A stretch of DNA of 64,000 bases from Candidatus Saccharicenans sp. (lineage in GTDB: Bacteria > Acidobacteriota > Aminicenantia > Aminicenantales > Saccharicenantaceae): positions 446 through 64,445 of the forward strand of contig JARYMJ010000005.1 of assembly GCA_029907135.1 (NCBI GenBank), in the 5' to 3' direction. Each line of letters opens with the position of its first letter. Within the stretch, counting starts at the first letter, position 1. The notes under the pieces are model-generated. The model searched no databases, was not told where the DNA came from, and saw only the letters and a program-made list of their open reading frames with translations. Made by a program: the position numbers and the translations under genes. Positions 53,531 to 61,016 of the stretch are shown in pieces.

Positions 53531-54562
53531 ATGCAAAAGGTTAACATCATACTGGTCGGCTTTGGCCGGGTGGGCCGGGCCTTTTATGAACTGCTCAAAG
53601 AAAAATACGATTACTGTCGGGAAAGATACGGACTGTTCCTCGAACTGAAAGGGATTATCAGGAAATCAGGCTCGGTCCTGCTCTCAGGTACTGGCAAACT
53701 GGTAGCCGCGGCCGAATCGTCCGGCGGCGGGCCGTCCGAACCTTCTAACTGGGTCCAGGTCTTCAGCCTGGAAGACCTGTTAGAGGAATTCAAATCTGGA
53801 GTGGTGGTAGATTGCACCCCCTCCGACCTCAAAACGGGAGAACCAGGCTACAGCTTGATGCGAACCGCACTGGAGAAGGGCTGGCACGTGGTTACGGCCA
53901 GCAAGGGAGCCCTGGTGGTCCATCCAGCCGAACTGGCGGCTCTGGCCCGGGAAAACCAGGTGGCCATCAAGGCCAGTGGAGCGACCGCCGCCGCCCTGCC
54001 GACCCTCGATGTTGGGCTTCACTCTCTGGCCGGGACAGAAATCCTGGCCATGGAAGGCATTCTCAACGGGACAACCAATTACATCCTGACCAGGATGGCC
54101 GAAGGCCTTAGCTTTTCCCGGGCCCTGCTCGAGGCCAGCGAGAAGGGCATAGCCGAGCCCAACCCGGTCCAGGACATAGAAGGCTGGGATACAGCGGCCA
54201 AGATGGTGATTATCGCCAACCGGGTGCTGGGAACAGAAATCAAATTGTCGGAAATAAGAGTCAACGGCCTCAGGGGAATTAACGAAGAGCTGGTGGCCAG
54301 GGCCGCCAGCCTGGGCAAGACCATCAAGCTGATCGGCCGTTGCAGCCGCGACAACCCGGAGGTGCCCTGGAAGGTGGAAGTGGGGCTGGCCCTGCTGGAC
54401 CCGGACCATCCGCTGGCCAGTGTTAACGGCAGCAACAAGGGGATAATTTTCTACACCGATTGCATGGGTTATATTGTGCTGACCGGCGGCAAGTCCGACC
54501 CGCGGGGAGCGGGCGCGGCTTTGCTCAAAGATATCATCTCTATTTACTGGTGCGATTTTTAA
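53531..54562 (+). CDS. hom: Homoserine dehydrogenase, short form (no obvious ACT domain)
   Basis: VNIILVGFGRVGRAF is the NAD(P) fold. The blocks VTASKGALV..., GILNGTTNYIL and EADPxxDIEGWD-like (GIAEPNPVQDIEGWDTAAK) are hallmarks of homoserine dehydrogenase. The start is ATG 53531 or GTG 53516. Confidence 0.8.
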   Translation: MQKVNIILVGFGRVGRAFYELLKEKYDYCRERYGLFLELKGIIRKSGSVLLSGTGKLVAAAESSGGGPSEPSNWVQVFSLEDLLEEFKSGVVVDCTPSDLKTGEPGYSLMRTALEKGWHVVTASKGALVVHPAELAALARENQVAIKASGATAAALPTLDVGLHSLAGTEILAMEGILNGTTNYILTRMAEGLSFSRALLEASEKGIAEPNPVQDIEGWDTAAKMVIIANRVLGTEIKLSEIRVNGLRGINEELVARAASLGKTIKLIGRCSRDNPEVPWKVEVGLALLDPDHPLASVNGSNKGIIFYTDCMGYIVLTGGKSDPRGAGAALLKDIISIYWCDF

Positions 54563-54633
54563 CCAGTAACCATCGCCCAGGTCCATTGATTTGAACTGGT
54601 TATTCTGATAATCTAAAAAAGAATTTAACCAGC

Positions 54634-54726
<93 letters not shown>

Positions 54727-54748
54727 TCAATCTTTGAAGTGGAGTAAT

Positions 54749-55963
54749 ATGATGGAAAATCGTGATTACATCGTTCTGGAAGACATGTACGGGGCTCACA
54801 ATTACCACCCGCTGGACGTGGTCATTACTAAAGCTAAGGGCATCTGGGTGTGGGACGTGGAAGGAAAAAAATACCTGGATTTCCTGAGTGCCTACTCAGC
54901 CGTCAACCAGGGGCATTGCCATCCGCGGATCGTCAAGACTCTGCAAAAGCAGGCCAAGAAATTGACCCTGACCTCCAGGGCTTTCAGGAACGACCAATGG
55001 CCCCTGCTGGCCAAGGAACTCTGCGACCTGACTGGTTTCAATCAGGTGCTGCCGATGAATTCCGGGGCCGAAGCGGTGGAAACGGCCATCAAAATTGTCC
55101 GGAAATGGGCCTATCAGAAAAAGGGAATTCCCCAGGACCAGGCCGAAATCATCGCCTGTGCCAATAATTTTCACGGCCGGACCATCACCGTCATCAGCTT
55201 CTCCACCGAGCCCCTCTACCGTCAGGATTTCGGGCCTTTCACTCCAGGCTTTAAGATTATTCCTTTTGGCGATGCCGCGGCTTTGGAAGCGGCCATCACC
55301 CCCAACACCGCTGCCTTCCTGGTCGAGCCCATCCAGGCCGAGGCCGGAATCCTAATCCCGCCGGCCGGGTTCTTGAAGCAGGCCTGGGAAATCTGCCAGA
55401 AAAATAATGTGCTCTTTATAGCCGACGAAATCCAGACCGGACTGGGAAGAGTCGGACGCCTTTTTGCCTGTGAATACGAAGGGGTCAAGCCCGACCTGCT
55501 GGTCATAGGCAAATCGCTGGGTGGCGGCTGTTATGCCATCTCGGCCGTCCTGTCCACTAACGAGATAATGGGCGTGATAAAGCCAGGCCAGCACGGGTCC
55601 ACCTTTGGCGGCAATCCCTTAGCCTGCGCCGTGGCCCGCGAAGCCCTCAGGGTTATCCAGGATGAGAACCTGGTCAAAAACGCCGAGGAAAAGGGCGCCT
55701 ATTTTCTGGAAAAACTTAAGACCTTAAAGAGCAGAAAAATCAAGGAAGTCCGCGGCCGGGGACTGTTGATCGGGGTCGAGCTCTGGCCGGAAGCTGGCGG
55801 CGCCCGCCGCTACTGCGAAGAATTGATGAAGGAAGGACTGCTCTGCAAGGAAACCCATGACCACGTCATCAGGTTTGCCCCGCCCCTTATTATCGGCAAG
55901 AAAGAACTCGACTGGGCCTTCAAGAGGATAAAAAGGGTATTCAAGAGGCTGGAAAAGAGTTGA
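54749..55963 (+). CDS. rocD: Ornithine aminotransferase (ornithine--oxo-acid transaminase)
   Basis: [13 protein letters not shown]...[32 protein letters not shown] is highly characteristic of OAT/RocD class-III aminotransferases. ATG 54749 follows GGAG; the track's TTG 54734 lies only 8 nt after the tRNA. Confidence 0.85.
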   Translation: MMENRDYIVLEDMYGAHNYHPLDVVITKAKGIWVWDVEGKKYLDFLSAYSAVNQGHCHPRIVKTLQKQAKKLTLTSRAFRNDQWPLLAKELCDLTGFNQVLPMNSGAEAVETAIKIVRKWAYQKKGIPQDQAEIIACANNFHGRTITVISFSTEPLYRQDFGPFTPGFKIIPFGDAAALEAAITPNTAAFLVEPIQAEAGILIPPAGFLKQAWEICQKNNVLFIADEIQTGLGRVGRLFACEYEGVKPDLLVIGKSLGGGCYAISAVLSTNEIMGVIKPGQHGSTFGGNPLACAVAREALRVIQDENLVKNAEEKGAYFLEKLKTLKSRKIKEVRGRGLLIGVELWPEAGGARRYCEELMKEGLLCKETHDHVIRFAPPLIIGKKELDWAFKRIKRVFKRLEKS

Positions 55964-55972
55964 GTTAATAGG

Positions 55973-55994
55973 TGTCCTGAAAAAAGGACATTTT
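55973..55994 (+). terminator. Rho-independent terminator candidate after rocD
   Basis: GTGTCCT-gaaaaa-AGGACAT forms a 7-bp stem with a closing G-U pair, followed by TTTT. It begins 10 nt after the stop. Confidence 0.55.
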
Positions 55995-56078
55995 GAAGCC
56001 GGTTGCTGACTGTCTGGAGGCCTTTTCGGGGACGGGAAACCGGCATATTTCTTGCAAAAATCAGGGCAGGAGGAAAAG

Positions 56079-57233
56079 ATGAAAAGAATCAGCTTGGTGC
56101 TACTACTCGTTTTTCTGGCTTCCAGCTGCATCATGTATGTTCCTTATGATGAATCCAGAAGAACCGAACCCAGAACTTACGAACCGCCGCCCGCCACTAT
56201 GGCCACACCCGTTTATGGCGAGATCTCCATCAGTTTTATTTATGATTACCTCGGTCGCTATGGTTTCTGGGTTTATTATAATCCCTATGGTTATGTCTGG
56301 ATTCCCAGAGGTGTCGGCCGGCACTGGCGCCCATATACCCACGGGCGCTGGGTCTGGACCGAATATGGCTGGAACTGGGTTTCCAACCATCCCTGGGGCT
56401 GGATTCCATTTCATTACGGGCGCTGGGGCTGGGACAATCGGCTGGGCTGGTTCTGGGTACCGGACGTAATCTGGGCCCCGGCCTGGGTAGTCTGGAGGTT
56501 TGGCGACCTGTATATCGGGTGGGCACCCTTACCGCCCGGGGTGGATTTTGTGGCCGGCTATGGATTGCGCTGGCCCAGGCGCGATCTGCCTCACTATTAC
56601 TGGGTATTTGTTGAAGGCCGGAGATTTCATTCCCACCAGTTAAGTGCCTGGATTTTGCCCCCGGAAAGGAATATTACCATCATCAATTTTACAGTGATCA
56701 GGGACAGATACACGGTCAGGGATCGTTATACTCTGATAAATGATGCTCTCTCGCCCCAAGAAATAGAAAGGCTCACCAGGAGACCGGTGACCAGGGTCAA
56801 GGTCAGGGAAGTGCAGAAACCTGAAGAGGCCGGGAGCGGCCTAGACGAAGTCAGAATTTACAGACCTCAGATAAAAAAGGAACAGGTTACGCCTAAAGGT
56901 TCTTTGCCACGAGAAGAAGCCGAACAGAAAATCAGGCTGGAGGAAGAAGCCGAGCCGGAAAGGGTTGGGGGTGTTCACCGCCAGGAATCCAGCCTGATGG
57001 AAAGAACTCAGAAGCTGGAACTGGAACAGCTCCGGAGAAAAGCCAAGGAAGAGACCAGGCAAGCTCCGCCCCAGGAAAAACAGCGCAAGCTGGCTGAGCT
57101 CCAGACCCGGATGGAAGAACTTAAAAAACAACACGAACAGGAAAAGCAGGAGCTGCAGAAAAGGCAGGCCGAAGAAAAAAAGGTCGTCCGCAAAGAAAAC
57201 CTGAAACGTAAAACAGCGGAAGAGCAGAAGTAA
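56079..57233 (+). CDS. Lipoprotein with Trp/Gly-rich repeat domain (YxWxxGxW-like, DUF6600-like) and Lys/Glu-rich coiled-coil tail
   Basis: ATG 56079 follows AGGAGG. Lipobox LASSC. The repeat region reads YGYVWIPRGVGRHWRPYTHGRWVWTEYGWNWVSNHPWGWIPFHYGRWGWDNRLGWFWVPD. The C-terminal ~130 aa are KE/Q-rich. Confidence 0.6.
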   Translation: MKRISLVLLLVFLASSCIMYVPYDESRRTEPRTYEPPPATMATPVYGEISISFIYDYLGRYGFWVYYNPYGYVWIPRGVGRHWRPYTHGRWVWTEYGWNWVSNHPWGWIPFHYGRWGWDNRLGWFWVPDVIWAPAWVVWRFGDLYIGWAPLPPGVDFVAGYGLRWPRRDLPHYYWVFVEGRRFHSHQLSAWILPPERNITIINFTVIRDRYTVRDRYTLINDALSPQEIERLTRRPVTRVKVREVQKPEEAGSGLDEVRIYRPQIKKEQVTPKGSLPREEAEQKIRLEEEAEPERVGGVHRQESSLMERTQKLELEQLRRKAKEETRQAPPQEKQRKLAELQTRMEELKKQHEQEKQELQKRQAEEKKVVRKENLKRKTAEEQK

Positions 57234-57245
57234 GAACAGAGAAAA

Positions 57246-58115
57246 TCAAGATTTATAATTCAGGCTCTGCCAGGAAATGATAATCACCGAGGCCAGGATG
57301 AGTAGTCCTCCGCCGATGGTCCTGAGGTCCGGGATTTCCCGCAACCAGAGGTAGCCGAAGACGATGCCATAGACCGGTTCCAGTGAACTCAGGAGGCTGG
57401 TCAAACGGGCCTCGATGAACCTAAGACCGCTGATGAACATGGTATGAGCCCCGGCGGTACAGACTAGTCCCAGAAACAGGATCAGGGAGATGTCCCTGGC
57501 TCCGAAATCCAGAGAAGGCAGGTTGGATAGAAATAACGGCAGCAGAAAAATCATGGCCAGGCTGTCCTGATAGAAGGCCACGACCAGGCTGGAATAGCGG
57601 GGTGACAGTACCCGGTTGATGATGGTCAATAAAGAGAAGGACAATCCCGACAGAATTCCCCAGACCACTCCCAGGAAAATCCTGTTGCTTAACTTGAATT
57701 CCGGCACCATCACGGCCACTCCCAGGAAACAGGCCAGAGACAGCAGCAAGTAGGATCTCCTGAATTTAAGGCGGAGCAGCCAGGGTTCCAGAAAGACGGT
57801 GAAGATAGGAAAGGTGGAGTAGGACAGCAAGCCCACGGCCACTGTCGAGACCTGGACCGAGCGGAAGAAAGCTGTCCAGTGAAATCCCAGAAGAAGTCCT
57901 GAGGCCAGGATCAACCAGATATCTCCGGCCCGCCTTAGATTGAATTTCTCTTTTTGCCAGATCATGATGGCCAGCAAGCCCAGGCTGGCCAGGAAAACCC
58001 GGGACCAGGTCAGATGGACCGGAGTGAGTGGCAACAGCTTGCCGATCACCCCCGGGAAGCCGAAGAACAGAACGGCCAGGTGGACCAGCAGCAGACCCTG
58101 ACTTCTGGTTTTCAT
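57246..58115 (-). CDS. DMT-superfamily (EamA-like) transporter
   Basis: 289 aa with 10 TM segments in a two-fold EamA-like arrangement. Confidence 0.7.
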   Translation of the reverse strand: MKTRSQGLLLVHLAVLFFGFPGVIGKLLPLTPVHLTWSRVFLASLGLLAIMIWQKEKFNLRRAGDIWLILASGLLLGFHWTAFFRSVQVSTVAVGLLSYSTFPIFTVFLEPWLLRLKFRRSYLLLSLACFLGVAVMVPEFKLSNRIFLGVVWGILSGLSFSLLTIINRVLSPRYSSLVVAFYQDSLAMIFLLPLFLSNLPSLDFGARDISLILFLGLVCTAGAHTMFISGLRFIEARLTSLLSSLEPVYGIVFGYLWLREIPDLRTIGGGLLILASVIIISWQSLNYKS

Positions 58116-58182
58116 ATGTCTGAAATTTTATATGATAAGCGAAGAAAAATCATCAACCAGTTGGTCCCGGCGGCTGTCCGGT

Positions 58183-58210
58183 TTGAATTTTATAAGGGTT
58201 GTGGTAAGAT
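58183..58210 (+). promoter_or_regulatory. Candidate promoter for dnaX
   Basis: TTGAAT (58183..58188), a 16-nt spacer, then TAAGAT (58205..58210), about 30 nt upstream of the dnaX ATG. Confidence 0.25.
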
Positions 58211-58240
58211 AAGCCCTGAAATTCTTTATTTCAGAAAAAA

Positions 58241-59980
58241 ATGTCATCCAAACCTGAAGACAGCAGCAAATCCAGCTACCTGGTCCTGGCCAGGAAGTAC
58301 CGTCCGCGACAATTCGGGGAGGTGGTCGGTCAGGAAGCGGTCGTCCGCACTATCCAGAATGCTATCAAGGAAAACCGCATCGGTCATGCCTATCTTTTTT
58401 CGGGCATGAGGGGCGTGGGCAAAACCACCGTCGCCAGGATCCTGGCCAAAGCCCTGAACTGCGAACAGGGCCCAACTCCCGAGCCCTGTAACCAGTGCTT
58501 CATGTGCACGGCCATCAACGAGGAATCACTCCTGGATTTCATCGAAATCGATGGAGCCTCCAACCGCGGCATAGAAGACGTCAAGGCTCTCCGGGACAGC
58601 ATCCAGTACGAACCCATGCACAGTCGCTACCGGGTGATAATCATAGATGAAGTGCACCAGCTCAGCCGGGATGCCTTTAACGCCTTGCTCAAAACACTGG
58701 AAGAACCGCCGACCAGGACTGTTTTCATTTTTGCCACCACCGAGTTCCACAAAGTGCCCCGGACCATTGCTTCCCGCTGCCAGCATTTCGTCTTCAAACG
58801 GTTGGGCCAGCAGCAAATCATCAACCACTTGCAGTACATCGCCGGCCAGGAAAAGATCGTCATTAGCCCTTACAGCCTGAAGCTTATCGCCGAGGCCGCC
58901 GACGGCTCCCTGCGCGATGCTGAGACCCTGCTAGACATGGTGGTGTCCTTCAGCGGACTCCAGGTCCAGGATAAGGAGACAGAAGAAGTCCTGGGCCTGA
59001 TCAACCGCAGCCTGTTTGAGAACCTGGCTGAGGCCATCCTGAAAGGCCGGAGCGAAGACATCTTCCCGTTGGTTGACTCTCTGGTTTCAGCCGGAATTGA
59101 CCTGAGACATTTTTACAGCGGGTTGATTGAATATTTCCGCAACCTGTTGCTGGCCAGAATTTCTCCTGACCCGGCGAGGCTGCTGTTGCTGTCGGAAGAA
59201 GAGGTCAAACACCTGCAGCAAATAGCCGGGGATTTCCAGGGTGAGGAACTGTTGCGCTATGTCTTGATGCTCCAAGATGGCGAGGCCGGCCTGCGCTATT
59301 CTTCCCAGCCCAGGATTTTTCTTGAATCCTGGTTGATAAAACTCAGTTGCCTGAAACGCCTGAAACCTCTGGAAGAAGCTCTGGAAGAAATTTCCGGGAT
59401 GACAGGGAAGGCTACAACAGCCACTTCACCCAGTCCTGACTATCAGCCAGTTCAAAATGAAAATCAGTTCCGGTCTAAAAGTCCGGTCAGGTCACCGGAG
59501 ATGGGGCCGGCCAAAAAAAACCAGGTTGCCTCAGCCAGGAACGGCCCGTCTATTTTCAACCAGGAAAAGGCCGATGAGCTCTATTACCGGGTAGTCCGGG
59601 AAAAACCGGCTTTGGCGCCGATCCTGAAGATGGCCAGCCGGGTGGAAACCGAAGCTGGCTTGATTCGCCTGATATTTGCTCGGGACCGGAAGCATTTCGC
59701 CGAGTTGGTGCAACAGAACCTGGCCTACCTTAGCCGGGTGGCGGGGGAACTGAGCGGGCTGGCCGTTGAATTACAAATTGAGGAGATGGGTCCGCCCTCT
59801 CCCAAAGCCTCCAACAACAGGCCCCCGACCACCATCCGAGAATCCGGCGGAGAGGCAATCAAAAATAATAGTGAAGAAGCCCGGGCCCTGCTTCAGGACC
59901 CCAAGGCCAGAGCCTTGCTCGACACCCTGAAGGGCCAGGTGATTGCCGTCAGGAAAAAACCGGGACCGGAGAAGAATTAA
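58241..59980 (+). CDS. dnaX: DNA polymerase III subunit tau (and possibly gamma)
   Basis: YRPRQFGEVVGQE, GHAYLFSGMRGVGKTT (Walker A), Zn module CEQGPTPEPCNQCFMC, IIDEVHQLS (Walker B), and SRCQHF (sensor). Confidence 0.9.
   Translation: MSSKPEDSSKSSYLVLARKYRPRQFGEVVGQEAVVRTIQNAIKENRIGHAYLFSGMRGVGKTTVARILAKALNCEQGPTPEPCNQCFMCTAINEESLLDFIEIDGASNRGIEDVKALRDSIQYEPMHSRYRVIIIDEVHQLSRDAFNALLKTLEEPPTRTVFIFATTEFHKVPRTIASRCQHFVFKRLGQQQIINHLQYIAGQEKIVISPYSLKLIAEAADGSLRDAETLLDMVVSFSGLQVQDKETEEVLGLINRSLFENLAEAILKGRSEDIFPLVDSLVSAGIDLRHFYSGLIEYFRNLLLARISPDPARLLLLSEEEVKHLQQIAGDFQGEELLRYVLMLQDGEAGLRYSSQPRIFLESWLIKLSCLKRLKPLEEALEEISGMTGKATTATSPSPDYQPVQNENQFRSKSPVRSPEMGPAKKNQVASARNGPSIFNQEKADELYYRVVREKPALAPILKMASRVETEAGLIRLIFARDRKHFAELVQQNLAYLSRVAGELSGLAVELQIEEMGPPSPKASNNRPPTTIRESGGEAIKNNSEEARALLQDPKARALLDTLKGQVIAVRKKPGPEKN
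59513..59520 (+). promoter_or_regulatory. A8 homopolymer, candidate recoding (frameshift or transcriptional slippage) site in dnaX
   Basis: In-frame AAA AAA AAC at codons 425-427 of 579. The -1 frame stops at 59575..59577, and the +1 frame stops about 25 codons downstream. Confidence 0.3.
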
Positions 59981-60010
59981 AACAGAGTATAGATATAAAG
60001 AGGAATACAG

Positions 60011-60322
60011 ATGAAAAATTTAGCTGACCTGCAAAAAATGATGAAGGCTGCTCAAGAAATGCAGGAAAAACTGCAGCAGGAGCTGGCCCAGATGAGAGTG
60101 GAAGGCTCAAGCGGCGGTGGCATGGTGACCGTGGTTCTGGATGGCCAGAAAAACTGCCTGGAGGTCAAGCTGGATCCGGAAGTGGTCAACCGGGAGGATG
60201 TGGAAATGCTCCAGGACCTGATTGTCTCGGCTTTCCGGGATGCCGTGGCCAGGGTCGAGTCCGAGGTCCAGTCCAAGATGTCCGGGCTGGCCGGGGGATT
60301 GAAAATTCCTGGCCTGTTCTGA
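60011..60322 (+). CDS. ybaB: Nucleoid-associated protein YbaB/EbfC
   Basis: 103 aa. MMKAAQEMQEKLQQ...GGGMVTVVLDGQ... is typical of the family. Conserved dnaX-ybaB-recR synteny. Confidence 0.85.
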   Translation: MKNLADLQKMMKAAQEMQEKLQQELAQMRVEGSSGGGMVTVVLDGQKNCLEVKLDPEVVNREDVEMLQDLIVSAFRDAVARVESEVQSKMSGLAGGLKIPGLF

Positions 60323-60336
60323 GGGAGCCAGCCGAG

Positions 60337-60942
60337 ATGTTTGAATATGCCAGACCTCTGCATGAGCTGATCGAACAGTTGAGAAAGTTTCCCGGGGTCG
60401 GATTGAAATCAGCCCAACGCATGGCCTTTTACCTCCTGGGACTGCCGGCGGAAGAAGTGGCCGAGCTGGTCCGGGCTATTGTTGAGGTCAAGAATAAAAT
60501 CTTTTATTGCTCGGTCTGCAATAACATCACTGATATTGACCCCTGCCTGCTGTGCACCGACCGCCGGCGCAATGATGAACAGTTGTGCGTGGTGGAAGAA
60601 CCGTTCAACGTCGCTTCCATAGAAAAGACTGGCGTCTTTTCCGGCCGTTATCACGTGCTGCTGGGCTCGCTGTCGCCTATCAAGGGGATAGGACCGGATG
60701 AGCTCCGGCTGGAAAAGCTGGTCAGCCGGATCAAGGGCGGCCAGTTTCAGGAAGTTATCATCGCCACCAACCCCACGGTCGAGGGCGAAGCCACAGCCTC
60801 GCTCATCTGCCAGGTGCTCAGGGAGATGCCGGTTAAAATCACCCGACTGGCCATGGGTCTGCCCGTCGGGGCCGACCTGGATTTTGCCGACCAACTGACC
60901 ATCAAGAAAGCCCTGGAAGGCCGGACCGAGCTCAAAGGATAA
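60337..60942 (+). CDS. recR: Recombination protein RecR
   Basis: LPGVGLKSAQRMAF (HhH), CSVCNNITDIDPCLLC (Zn finger), and a Toprim region VVEEPFNV...ATNPTVEGEATA. Confidence 0.9.
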   Translation: MFEYARPLHELIEQLRKFPGVGLKSAQRMAFYLLGLPAEEVAELVRAIVEVKNKIFYCSVCNNITDIDPCLLCTDRRRNDEQLCVVEEPFNVASIEKTGVFSGRYHVLLGSLSPIKGIGPDELRLEKLVSRIKGGQFQEVIIATNPTVEGEATASLICQVLREMPVKITRLAMGLPVGADLDFADQLTIKKALEGRTELKG

Positions 60943-61016
60943 AATTTCGGGGAAATATTAGATATTCAATGGCATTTTGATATAATAATCTGTTTAATTT
61001 AACAAGGAGTTTTTAG

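Noticed and set aside
58116-58240. Possible SRP (4.5S/ffs) RNA upstream of dnaX, as in the Bacillus-type ffs-dnaX-ybaB-recR arrangement.
   Set aside because: The 125-nt spacer has no conserved domain-IV motifs (no GGAA tetraloop helix, no AGCAGC-type symmetric loop) and no extended hairpin. It contains only a promoter-like TTGAAT/TAAGAT pair.
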